A stretch of DNA of 56,763 bases, the filler included, from Sphacelaria rigidula (lineage: Eukaryota), in NCBI GenBank assembly GCA_964200075.2. It is 6 parts of 6 records of this genome, joined end to end, with 100 filler letters (N's around TTAATTAATTAA, not from the genome) between each part and the next. Parts side by side here need not be neighbours in the genome. Positions count along the whole stretch, not along the records: positions 18,957 to 28,333 come from CAXNAA020008635.1; positions 28,434 to 37,810 come from CAXNAA020008636.1; 4 more parts are not named here. The stretch is one strand, 5' to 3'. Positions 23,001 through 35,500 of this stretch are shown here, in pieces. The notes beneath the pieces are model-generated. The model worked only from the letters and a program-made list of their open reading frames with translations. It did no database searches and was not told the origin of the DNA. The translations under genes and the position numbers were made by a program. Each line of letters begins with the position of its first letter. Position 1 is the stretch's first letter.

Positions 23001-26000
23001 CTTCTTGTGGCAACATACGGTAGTCCGCAAGGGCGATGAGCTCCGAAACGGCCAGGAGAAAAGCAGATCAAGCATACGGTTTCGAAGGACGCTGAAGGAA
23101 GAAGTGACATGAAGTGTCTATACCCAGGTAGCTATTGTACCCGTCGTGGCGTACCCCGTCACCAATGTGCTCCCCTGGAGAAGTGTCGCTGATCGCCCCG
23201 GCAGCACTGCCCGCGACATGTGTACCGTGCCCGTCTTGATAGTCGTAGCAGTCAACATATGCGACATACTGGACCACCTGATTGTAGCAAACAGCGCACG
23301 ATAGTACCGCAGGCGTTATGTACTGCATGACGTGCGTCGCGTTTGCTCTTCTTGTAGGTGACGGGCTGTCAAAACAATTCGCACGATCGTTTGGAGAGCA
23401 CTTTTCAAAGTATAAGACGCTTGCAACTTGGATAATTGAGAGCAATAGCTACATCAGCCACCGGTACGATTAGAAGCGCGATGTACAAGCATGCATCACA
23501 TTTGCATGCCCTCTATGGTGTCGGACACGCGATGACACAGGCCACGCGGCCATAAGTGCATTGCGATAGTTACAGAAAATGGTCACCTTGCGCTTGGTGA
23601 GGTCGTAAACTGGATTGCTGTAGGTGGAGCACTCCACGTTATCTCCGTCATCTTCTCCAAAAAAACAGCTCGACACGTCCAGCCCAGAGTCAGCCAAGGC
23701 GATGATCTGTGTTTCAATGTTGTCGGAAGTTGACGTGCAGGAAAGCTTGCCAGAAGTGTGACATTTGCGGCACAATGCTTGAAAAATGACTATATTTCCT
23801 ATGTCCCACAAGGAAAGTCCGTCATGATCACACGGACCCTTTACCGCGTCCAATACCGTGGGCGGTATTTTTTCGGAAATCTTCAGGGGTTTTCGAAAGC
23901 ACAGAGAACAATATTGAAAACCCGAATGACGGCAAATACCGCGAAAAATAGCACAACTTGCTCTGTTTCTTCGGTTTATCGCTGGCATACGATAGCTACG
24001 CCTAGTTCGAAACCACTCGTTTACAGTGAAGCCTTCAATTACTTCAAAACAAGCAAAATTCGTCGAAATTTGGCCATGTTTGACCCAACGATTCTAAGGT
24101 TGTTGGTCGATTATTTTGCTTTTGTTTTTCCCAGCGGCCATATCCACAACTATATAGTTCCAACGAACCTAACCATAACACCGTAAGCACCTCCGCTGGC
24201 GAGGTACGGCCTATCCTCCGTAACGGATTTCACATATGGGACAGAGAAAGTATGAATCAATAGTTTTGGGGTGCGCTTTGCGACACACGGGTTCTACCCT
24301 ACATAATCCTCTACTGAAAATCGAAGGGGGGAGAAGCAGGCTTGATCAAATTCCATATATATATTATATTTTTTCCTGACGTGATGTCTGATGCAACAGA
24401 GGTGGTAAACGAATGAACCCCGACACACACCATTGTGCCCAACGGCTGCACCGTGATTGGACTCAGTCGGTATTGTACTTTGACATGATTAAACGTGTCG
24501 CCGTATCACACTTCCCATTTCTAGCACCTATATCCTCCAAGACAAACGAAATATATCCTACTAAGCCCATTCCTTACTGGTAATGACCAAGCAGCTGCGC
24601 CTCTCTCCATCGATATGATGCTTCGCGGTAGATGTCTGAAATCTGGAAACGGCGGGCCCTGTGAATTTTCGACTGGAGGTCTGAATGCTTCACCAGATCG
24701 TAGAACCAAATATGTGAGTCGAGATTATCCTCAGACAGCAAAAACAGCCGCCGGACTCTACTCTAGCGAAAGCAGCCCAGGTTTAGCTGACGTGTAGATC
24801 CGACCGATCACCTCAGTTCTGCCATCGATGTTTTGTTCCCACACCGGGTACGTCGTTTCCTGGCCGCTCTGCAAAATCCAAGCAGCCTCTACGTTCATAG
24901 GAATCACTTTCGGTAAATCGTCCACGTATGCCACCTCCGGGCGGGTGGCGAGAAATGCCATCACAGTCATCAAACAGTACGCGTTTTGCTCCTCTTCCCT
25001 ACCCAAGGATCCCGCGCCCCGCAACACCACCCTATCATGTGCTTCCACGTCCCCCCGTCGCGCGCTGCCGGTAGAACTGCCTCTGGATTTTGCTGTATCG
25101 GGAGTGCTTCGCCGCCTCCGCGGTCGCCAGTGCCTGTGCTGATTGCCCGGCGCTTGAGTTTGTTGTTCTTCATCTCCTGCTACTTGTGCGTGCAAGCGTG
25201 CGAAGTTGCAGGCACCGTCCTTGCTGCTGTGGTTAACGACTTGGTCCCAGAGATCCGCGGGGTCATGCAGGCCGTGTTTCGCGGCCATAGTGGTCTCGCG
25301 AGATGGTATACCCGTCATGGTCGCTTCTACCCTTTCTCCTTTTTTCTTTTCCTCGGCTGTTTCCCAGTAGTCATCCTTAGCCATTTCGGTATTCTTCCGC
25401 GTCCACAAAAATGCATGTCTTAAGTATCGATTCCACAATTCCGCTGTCGAACCGAAAGTGGTCAGGTGGTCAACCCATTTGTTTGTCATACCTATGCCCC
25501 AAGATCCCGGGGTGAGAGTGACCTCTAGATCGTCGGGAACACCGTGGCTGAATCGGATTTCCCGTCGCAATGATTCCTCAGCGTACGTTTGTGGTGCTCC
25601 TGGTTCACCAGATTTGCCGGTGCCACCAGAGCGATAATCACTAGTCGATGCCCCACTTTCTTTACTCCCTAACGATACAGTGCTGTCCGCTCCTTGTTCT
25701 CTTCTTTTGTCCTTTCGAGGCTCAAATTCTACGTGCAAGCTGCGCGAGATCTTGGCCAGATGAGGCAGGGGTTCAACAAAGTGCACCCCGGCAGCCTCCC
25801 GCACTGCATCGACGTCCGTCAGGCGTAGTGCGGCTAACAAACAAGACCTATTCCCGCGAGAATAAGCTAGCTGGGTGCGGGCATGGTGTACCTTCTTCTC
25901 CACGAGGCGAATCGCATCCGGATGCCTGTTGGTGCAAACCAAGAAGGGCGAGCGCACTGCCTCGGCTAAAGCTGGCACGGCGTGTTCTCTATTTTCAGCG

Positions 26001-27405
26001 TTTATGGGGGGTTCGTGGCGGGTGCGGGGTTCGGATTCGTTGGGAACATCGTCAAGATCTGTTTTAGGCGGTTGTGGTTGAACCTGTCGCGTGTCTGTGT
26101 TGTCGCTGACGACGAGTGCGTTGTATTGTGAGGACTGCAGAAAGGACCACTCTTCATCAAGTGCTTCTCGAAATGCCTCTTCCCGGCTGGTCATGGCGTT
26201 CTCCAACTGCGGTGTAGGTAAGCGAGCAGGCAGTTTGCAAACGGACGTGGTTTCAAGACGGTGCAAAGGCAAACCGTGCGACATTTGGATAATCTTCATG
26301 TGGTCAAGGTCCGAACCAAGGAGTCACGGCGTTGACACCGCTGTGCACGATGCATGCTGCAGCATCAGATGATATTCGTAGTGACCGGGACGGTGTTGCT
26401 AACAGTATCAAGGAAGGTAACACCAAACGAATCGCCAAGATGTCACTCGTGGCGAACATTCGTCCTACTGTACGCCCATCACAGGAGCATTTTCTAATGA
26501 GTATCCGTATTTACATGCCGCAACCGTTCGGACCTGGATTGGTGATGGGGCGACCCATGAAGACATACTCACTTGTGCATTTCTGTACGACATCAAGCCG
26601 GGTAGTTCGCCAAAAAATACGCGAACAGGGTCTACCGTGTCGTTGGTGTCGACGGCAAGTACTTGGTATGCGTACTTGGTATGTACCACAGGTGACAAAT
26701 ACTGAACGGTAAAGCGCACGGTGACGATACTATGCCGCCCTCACCGTAGTACATGAGTAGCATACAACAGATGCATGTCGCGGACGCCAAAGAAACGAAG
26801 AACGCTATGCGTAGCATTCTTTCCCGTTTTTCTGAAACGTGCTTGCTCAAGTTGAAGTCACCACGCACGAAGAGACTGCCTACGATGGGTAGCGTTTGGC
26901 ACAGGACTTGGAGCTACAGCATGGGACAGCCTCTCGCACAGGGCTCGTAGCTGCCATGTGAGGGCGCCGTGTGAGGGCGTGGTCCAAATTCGAAATGAAA
27001 CATTACTGCTCTGTGTTGTCGTGTTGCTGTCAAACACATTCATGCACACGGCGTGAAATGAAGGAACTATTGCCGCACATCATTACCTCGATGGCCACAG
27101 CTTTGCAGCTGAATAAAACCGACGCCGGTCGGTGTTCTGTATCACGCCGGCAACGCCCATCTATCATATCTTACCTCCTTTCCCAAGCTTGTGTGCCACA
27201 TGGACTCCAGGTGCTGTAGTGTCAGGCGCTGGCGCTGCTGTGCAACTCCTATTCGCGCGTAATTGGGGTCTGCTTCATCATGCACCTCTAACAACGGAGC
27301 GCTACTGCTGGGGCGCACAGCGTCGAGGAATGCATTTTCGGCCGTAGCTAGCACTATGCCCGTGAGTATACCCGCAGACACCGTCAACACGATGCAGCGG
27401 TTCAT
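19205..27405 (-). CDS. Secreted subtilisin-like serine protease (peptidase S8, KP-43/TagC-like); 3' end missing at the linker
   Basis: Exons 27405-27175 (signal peptide MNRCIVLTVSAGILTGIVLATA), 26206-24812, 23706-23587 (IIALADSGLD, catalytic Asp), 23277-23155 (DGHGTHVAGS, His), 22755-22678 (MAFGAKLSVFDFG), 21682-21497 (STNSWG, VAAGN oxyanion Asn), 20944-20732 (AKNVITVGA, FSSQGPT, RIKPDVVAPG), 20293-20183 (GTSMATP, Ser), 19330-19205 (GWYPTG..PSNALVKAMIV). All joins are phase 0; 861 aa assembled with no stop reached. Confidence 0.92.
19910..20128. repeat. Compound trinucleotide microsatellite (GCA/GCT/ACT/ACG)n in a subtilisin intron
   Basis: About 70 triplets read directly; the source of the poly-S/T/L/V ORFs in the ORF track. 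Confidence 0.95.
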
Positions 27406-28148
27406 GGTCACAAAACGAGTACCAGTTATGACGAAGGAAAGCTAGTAAACTAAGTTCCTCCTACACGATGAACGACACATGCTGTACAGTTTCACGAACA
27501 TAACACTCGGTAGAATAGAGGATGAGTAAACCGCACCCACCAAAAGTTCGCCAGTAGCACGAGTAAAAATCTTGAAGATCCAGTATCTTTTGGAAGATGG
27601 CGACATGCATAGTCATCACGTGATATAATCACTCAAGGGTCGACGTTGTATATCACCCCAGAACCGGGCACCGAGGTACGAGAGACGGTCGACTTCGGCG
27701 TGGGAAGCCCTATTCATTCATAACCGGCGTGTTGGAAGCGCTCAGGGCATAGGTTCCGTTGAACAAGATGGTGCATTCATGGCTATTCTGCAAGATACTC
27801 CCGTGCGATTGGCCGCTCCGTGCAAAAAGTCCCGCCGAAGGAGGACAGCCGGCGTATTTCTACCCGCACGGGCAGAATAAGAGAACCTACCCCCAAGAAT
27901 AGAACTAGTTCCACGAAACGTTTGAGCAGACCCGCTGGTCCAACCAAAACATTCTTGAATTCTCCCGCGCACAAGAGAGCCGACGCATATCACGCGCGCA
28001 GCACACTGCATGACGCGCGCACGCACAGTAGTCATAGCCCACACATACGTGCACAGACAAGTGACCACAAGCTAGCAAGGTGCTGCCAGCGAGGAGGTAC
28101 CGAATCACCACACCCTTGGCGTTGAAATTCTTGCTCTTTGTGTTGTCG

Positions 28149-28190
28149 TGTGTGTGTGTGTTGTCGTCCCATTTATTCTGGGCGCCAGTC
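28149..28190. repeat. Dispersed repeat, same family as 9299-9378, interrupted by a mariner-like element
   Basis: tgtgtgtgtgttgtcgtcccatttattctgggcgccagtc, then TA and the TIR. Confidence 0.65.
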
Positions 28191-28192
28191 TA

Positions 28193-28333
28193 CGAGCTGG
28201 GCCAGCCGAGAAGCGATTCTGCAGTTTGCAGGCCCATTATACGGCCAATACTTGGAGTTGGACCCTGAAATTTGGTATGGGCGATGAGTAGGGCATAATG
28301 AAGAAAAAATACTGGCGTATACAAGGGACTTTT
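28193..28333. mobile_element. Left end of a second Tc1/mariner-like MITE copy, truncated by the linker
   Basis: TA + cgagctgggccagcc..gtttgcaggccc..aaatttggt..tagggcat..gaagaaaaaatac, colinear with 1535-1650. Confidence 0.75.
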
Positions 28334-28433
28334 NNNNNNNNNNNNNNNNNNNNNNNNNNNNNNNNNNNNNNNNNNNNTTAATTAATTAANNNNNNNNNNN
28401 NNNNNNNNNNNNNNNNNNNNNNNNNNNNNNNNN
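28334..28433. other. Artificial linker (44N-TTAATTAATTAA-44N)
   Basis: Same linker. Confidence 0.97.
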
Positions 28434-28550
28434 ACCAGGCTCGCACTCAATCACCAAGCGCGAAGCGCCGTGGTGTGTTCGGCGAGTCGCATGAAGGGTA
28501 AGCTGCACTCTGCCAAGATTGTTCGGCCCAAAGCCTCCTGATTATCTTTG
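28434..28550 (+). repeat. Dispersed repeat, long G-tract family (partial copy)
   Basis: caatcaccaagcgcgaagcgccgtg..ggcgagtcgcatga..taagctgca..ttgttcggccc matches 33854-33968 and the reverse complement of 35590-35700. Confidence 0.8.
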
Positions 28551-29533
28551 CATTTGGACACCCTACAATGAGTTGCTTTATTATCTGGTGTTGCCTTTCC
28601 CGGGGAGGGGGGGGGAAGGAGCTATCCTGGTATCAATCACACGAACCACAAACCGAATGATTTGATGAAAATAGAATAAAAATCGAAGAAGAGTAAAACA
28701 CAACTTATAAGGGCCCGTCTTTCCAGGGACCCGAAAAATCTATGGGAAAACATCATCTGGTGATGGACGCTCTATGATGGACAGATGCATGATCAACTAT
28801 CGATCACACGGTAGCAGCCACCAATCACAGAGCATCAATCGTCAAATTATTGCTTCTCAACCTTTAGGTTACGACCTCCAGCAAATGACCCCAGACAATT
28901 TACGGCACACTTGGGGTTCGGAACAGCTGTTTTTTTCATGAACATATGAATGTTGGGCAGATGTGTAGGAAATAGCGCCAGAGAGCCCCTGACCAGTCTT
29001 GAGACACAAGTGACGTGCGTGTACACTTTGTATGTCTTCGCTGAGCTATTTTTGTGGGGCACATGCTTTCATGCCTTGCGAGTAGAGCACGGTGGCAGTC
29101 GCCACTGCTGCGACATACGTAAACATTGTGCAACTTCCTCCATCTATGCTTTCGCAGCAGACTTGTTACGTTTCGGGGCAGGGTTAGCACACATCGAGCG
29201 TGTTCTGGTCTGGCCGGCATGTCACATCGTCTCAACTGCACTTTCCGTTTTACTATCTCTGTGCTGCCGCTGCAGTTGCAGCTGCTCCACTACCGCACAC
29301 GCGAACTCTCTTCATGATCCGTGCCTGGATACAACGCAATGCAGCAGTCGGCGCGTCATCGTTCTTCGTTGAACACATACTAATGCATGCTGCCGCTATC
29401 TCCGCTCGAGTATTCCGCAACGACATTACGGACGGTGTGAAGTTATGTTGACAGCACAAGCGGTGCCAGACAGGAGGCAACAAAACACTACGAGCAGAGC
29501 AAAAAACACGTCTTCTCTGCTCATGATATTATT

Positions 29534-32500
29534 TCATCGATTTGTCGATACCCAAATGTTCACATACACCTTCGCCACGGAGTCGGCCACCTGTCTTTCA
29601 TCCAAGCAGGAACAAGGTGACCATTCCGACCGATCATAACCCATCAAAATGGTCACTCTCCTCCTCTCGGGCCCCTTCTCCGACTGATTATTTTTCGCGG
29701 CAAACTTCCAAACATACATGGTTGAATTCGTGAGCGTTTCGGTTGTTCTACGACCAGGCACCTATCCCCCCTCTCAAACAGCATCCCCCCTGCCCACTGG
29801 AAACTCCTGGATGTCCCCCTGGACTGTCAGCAGGCGAAACTGTTCCAAAGCAAAGCTCGCAGTCTAAGGGTTGACCCTTCGACGGTGAGAGTAGGTCATC
29901 TGTTGAATCGTCCTCACTTTCACTCGAAAAAATTATGCATGATCCAGATGGGTTACCCCCGAGGTCTAAGGGTCACACGATTTTTCGGATCCCCTGAAGA
30001 CAAGACAGGCCCCAAGTCAGACATGGGCGACACCAGACGAAGGGAAACAAGAATGCAGAACAAGAACAATAGAAGAAGACAGAGACAGGCGGATACAGCG
30101 TACGAACAAACCTTCGCTCGAGTTCCTCGAAGCCCTGCTGTCCTCGCATCACCGTCCCGCCAGCAATACGCCTGGTGATAACAGAAGCCCATGCAGCACC
30201 GCAGTCATGAATCAGAAAGGGGGACGGGACGGGACGGGGGGAAGTAGGGGGTGGAGAAGGGGAACAACCATCTCGCAGGAAAAAAATATAGCACAAGCAC
30301 GAGAACGCCATCTGCACCGCACGCATGAAGGTCAAGAATGAAAGAAGAAAACCTCCAAAGACCAGACCGCCATGAGGAGGGTAGGGAAAAAAATGAGGCC
30401 TCCGCCACAACATCACTTCAGTCTCATACGACATGCCACACGAGATCGCTGCTATTGCAGTACTGCATCATACTCGTCGATATCTATATCTTATCCGTCT
30501 CGAAAGGGATGCGTCGTCAATGGTCGAACGACTAAGGCAAGCAGCGAATGAATACGCCCCTCCCCCCCCCCCCCCTCGAGACACTCTCAGGGTTACAAGC
30601 AGCCACATTGAGCCAATGTGTCCCAAGGCAAAAACGTGTCATGACTTTCGTTGATCTTACACGTCCTGCGGAAATGGGTGAGAAAAATGAAGGAAAGAGA
30701 GGGCGAGAGAGAATAAACAAGTTCATGGTCAAACTAGCCAAAATCGTCTTTAGCGAAAAATAATTTTCTAAGCGGCCAACAAAAAAAAATGCAGGACAAC
30801 GAAGAGGTAAAAAGGGGGGAAAGACGAACCTGGCATCCATGATCGAGTACCCCTCAAACCTCGGCGACAGCTCCGCTACCCACGATTTCTCGGGGTGGTC
30901 ATTCAGCTTTTCCACTAGAAGAGGGTCGTTCACGGGAGACGCACTGCTCTTCATAAGCAAGTCGACAGTTTCAGTATGTTCAACCTTGTGTCAGTTACGA
31001 GTAGGGCACGCGAAGAAATGAAAAAAAAAAGGAAAGAAAATAAGCAAAAGCAAAGTCAGGAAGAAGAAGACCCATCAACCAGGAGGGTGAGATGCACTGC
31101 TCTTCATGGGGAGGTCGACATTTTCGATGCGTTCAACCTCATGTCAGTTAGGGGCAGGACACGCTAGTATCTCCGCGTACGCACGGCGCAGTTTCGATAT
31201 AGATTGTTTGTTGAGTAAAGTATGCGCATACCTCTTTGCACGCCCCAGACCTATATCCTTGCTTTGTTCTAACCCGCTCATGCCTATCTGCTGACATGAT
31301 GTCACATGCACCATCTTAGTACTCGTGCCCCGCGAGTCTTTGTATGTCAGGTAATCAACCACTTGCTCCGGTGTGGCGTTCTCCCATCCTACGGGCCTCC
31401 CGAACGCTTCATCATAAAACGATCGGAATAATTCGCCACCACACTCTTACGCCTGGGCCCTACCTTAGCTGCTCTTGCCTTGGCAAACGCCGCTAGCCTC
31501 TCATTAAGTAAAAGCTCATTAATGCTTGAAGGCTTTTCCCCGTCGGACCGCGGTGCCGGTCGCGTTAATTTTGCGTGCACTCCGCAATTCTGACAGACCC
31601 ATAATTTCCATCACTATGCCCCAGACACACGCACGTCTCTCTTTCGAACTTTCCCTTCGCCGCGGACCCGGCGCTAGAACCCGCGTCGCTGTTGTTGCTA
31701 GCCATCGCTGTGTGTGTTGTGCGTGTTGGTGTGTTGTCCTCAACCCAAAATCTGGTGCTCTTCTCATCGCTCGGCTAGGTTGGCTTTAGTTGCTACTTCT
31801 TCCCGATTGATTTGATGCGGCTGCGACGGGGATTGACTGCTGTTCTCGCAACGTTATTTGTATCCTTCCCCTTTTCCTGACATCACCATTTTGTGTCGAA
31901 ATCTCAAAAACCCCGCCATCAGGTTAGGTGAAAATATGATAACCAAGGGGCGTCAAGAGCACGCTCTCCACATTTTTTGGTTTGTTCATTCTCCGCTCTT
32001 TCGCCTCGAGTTCCCTGTAGCGAGTGTTCCTGTCTCCGACACAGTACGTCCATCTCGTGACCATGGTTGTATATCGTAGCGTTTTCGCGAAAAACTTTGT
32101 CTCATCAATAGATCCAAGGTCAGACGACGGACGTGCATTGGTGCAATCTTTCACGATTTGGGAGCTACAACCACAAGCACAAGCACACAAACACACAAAA
32201 CACGTACACACCTCCGGCGAGACTAGGAAGGTGAGCTCGTCGCACCGGATCGCAGCATTCTCATCCGTGTCATCCACCCCAACGCTTTCCCGGAAAGAGA
32301 TGTGCACGGACACTCGTGCAGCATCCGTTTGGGGAGGATCAATGCTGATCGCCTCTTTGAACACCTTCGACGACATTCTCGGCACTGCACATGGTATCGA
32401 GGGACAAGAAAATAAGGGGTGGTGGGAAGGAACAAAAAGAGAAGAAATGGCCTCGAAAGTCGAACAAAACAAGGGAAATGGGCACGTGACGGACAATTGG

Positions 32501-35500
32501 TTTCAAAACAAGCAACCACGATGGGGCGGCGGTGGGAGGGGGGGGAAGAGTCCTACCTTGGACGCCAGATATGGATACTATCCCGTAGAGAGTAGAGATG
32601 ACCTCGTGAACCACGGAGGGTGAGCCACGAGCGCGGGACTGTCTGTTCATTCATGCGTGTCACACTCCAGTGTGTGCGTCATACTCCAGTGTATGGGGAA
32701 TACTCAATGTGAGTCTCTGTGTGTATGTGATGTGTTTTTGTGCGATGTGAGTTTGTGTGTATGCGCGTACAAGCCGACCTTCTCCGCGGCGCTGCAGTAC
32801 ACGACCGGAGAGTACACGGCTCACGGGACAGTAGTACAAGAGTTAAGGGTGGGCAATATACCCATACACGCGGCTGCGCCACAGTAGTTGAACTGATACA
32901 TCTTGAACTCGCTTAGGGCAAGGTAGGGGGTTTGATTCCTAGCAGAGTTTTCCTTCTATTGTATCTCTTTCTAAGGAGTGTCTCATTTTCGTCGTTGACA
33001 ACATGAGAACGAGTGGAAAAAATGACACAGCAACTTCGACGGACGTCGACGCGGCACGGGAGTGATGGTCATGACCCAATCCGCGATATCACAATGTCAA
33101 GCATGTACCGAAGGAGAGATGAGTCAAGCATTAAAGACTACGAGCTAGTCCCGAGGAAAAGGGGGGGGGGGTTGGAGTGTGACGAGGAGGAAAGAACAAA
33201 ACAGAACGGGGCAATAGCAGCCCCCGCTCATGACCGTCTGGGTAGATCATCTAGGTCTTCACTAACTCTACAGATGATCTAGGTCAAATCCGTGCCGATT
33301 CTACACATGATCCACCCTGTAACAAACTCGATCTCCTCCAGCCCCAAGACAACAAATGCCAAAATTCAGCTATTGGACCACCCACTGCAGCACTTGTTTT
33401 TACTTTTCTGGTTTGCGTCCTCCGAAAATGTGGTGACGGTAAGAGGTCGGAAGTACGCTTATAAAATACCTGAAGCTGCGTGCACGGCAGGTATAAGAGG
33501 AGAGACCGGGGCTGATCCCGTTAAACGATGGATCCCTTCCGAGGTTGGAGGGGGGTTATAATTGATTCGACATCGATTGGATTATTAATTGCCGCACATT
33601 TACTGATGCGCGATATGACTATGGCATGCATGATCATGAGTACACCCCCTCCCCCCGCGAACCCTCTGAGAATTGCCGTCGGCTAGCGACGACGCTACAC
33701 AATGCTCCATTCACTGCGTAAGCTAGGCAACCAGGTCACCGAGGGAAGGGGGGGGCAGGGGGCGTGTACTCATGATCTCGCATGCCACAGTCACATGACC
33801 ATTGATCTCGCATCCCTACGAAGCCGGGACGGAGCACGCCCGGTTTTTGTCAGACCAGGCTTGCAATCAATCACCAAGCGCGAAGCGCCGTGATGTGCTT
33901 GGCGAGTCGCATGAGGGGTAAGCTGCATCACGCTGACGTTGTTCGGCCCGAAGCGTACTTATCATCTTGTATTCGGATGACAGTCTCCAATGAGTCCCGG
34001 CTCTTCCTGATGGAAAAATCAAGCTAGTCAGTCAGAAACAAATGATCCATCCGGTCGATTCCAAGATAAGCCCAGGAGGCCTTCTGCGCACATGATACAC
34101 AATACCCAGGTGCATTGCTCACGGCCACAAAAAAAAAACGTACATAATTCATTTTCAAAGTCAAAATCATGCCGATGCGACACATATGACCCGACCCTGG
34201 GGGTGACTACGGACAAGGTCGAACTAAAACGCACAGTACAGCAGTAGTACCATGCAATACAAATGCTGTATATGTGCAGTATGGTTCAGCGTTGTGATAT
34301 CTCCCCCTGCTGCGTTCCTTCCCTTTGTCTATGGGTGTTACCGACGATCAGATCACACCAAGCATTTGGAGAGCGTCACCTCTTTCTGCCGCTAGCTCTG
34401 AAATTAAACCCTTGGATCCCACCTTGGGTCATCTGGGTCTTACATCGATCTTTCGCGTCAAAATTGTGCCACTTGACCACAGGTGACCCACCCTGAAGGT
34501 GGTTGTATAAAGATAAACAAAGCCGAACAACAATGTACAGTGTACAATGCAGAATACAGTGTTGCCTCCTCTCTCCCCCGTTGCATTCCTCCCCCATTGT
34601 TCCCGTTGCCCATGACTATCACCATGGCTCAGATTGCAAGAAACCTTTGGAGAGCGTGCCCCATCTCTAAAACAGAACTCTTTGACCACCACGGTGGGTC
34701 ATGCGGGTCCTGCATTCATATTTCAAGCCACATCATACCAATGCAATATATAGGAACACAAAACTGAAGCTTTGGTGCAGCGGAGTTGTGAAAAGACGGC
34801 AGGCCGAATGTGGAGGTAAAGATAAACTCTGCACAACTAACAAACAGAAGAGCATAACACAGTCATCTTGGTGCTGTCTGTTTCAGTATACGCCACGCTC
34901 TCCAACTTGGGCCCTCAGGATACTGTGTTCACAAGCAGCAGCGCTGCTCTGTTCATAACTTGTCGGAGTGCATTATACATTGACACACTTTCAGGCACCG
35001 AAACGAGTCTGCTCCGACTTGGACCTCTACTCCCATTTTGCTTCCCCCCGTCCCGCCTGCGTTGTTTTATTCCATTTGCTTTTCTTCAGATCGCTGGCTT
35101 ATTCAGGAGAGTCCATCGATACGCCAGCTAAGTCACCCCTGTTCTCGTCGGTCACGAGTGCGACTCGAGCGCAGTTTTTCGCGTTGTGTGCTTCAAATCC
35201 CAATGCATGTCTCGACTCAGTCGTGTTCCGGGAACGTCCCGCGCTCGGCACACCAGACGTTTTTTTTTTTTGCAGATCTTCAGGAAACGCTTCAAGAAAA
35301 CTGTACAAATGACTGACTCCGGACATGTGTGTCAGGGGTGTGCAGGTGTATGTAGCGTCTGAACAGGGAGGGCGGCGCCTGGACGCATGATTTACCCATC
35401 CTGAGGATGTATCTTTGGATCAAGTGTATCCACATGGTAAAAAAGCAAACGAAGATAAGCTGTCTATGGTCCAAAAAATGTTGTCCAACAGCCCGGACAC

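Noticed and set aside
31706-31990. Possible LINE 3' remnant ending in a CA-rich tail on the - strand
   Set aside because: No recognisable RT or endonuclease motif and no second copy in the window; cannot be supported.
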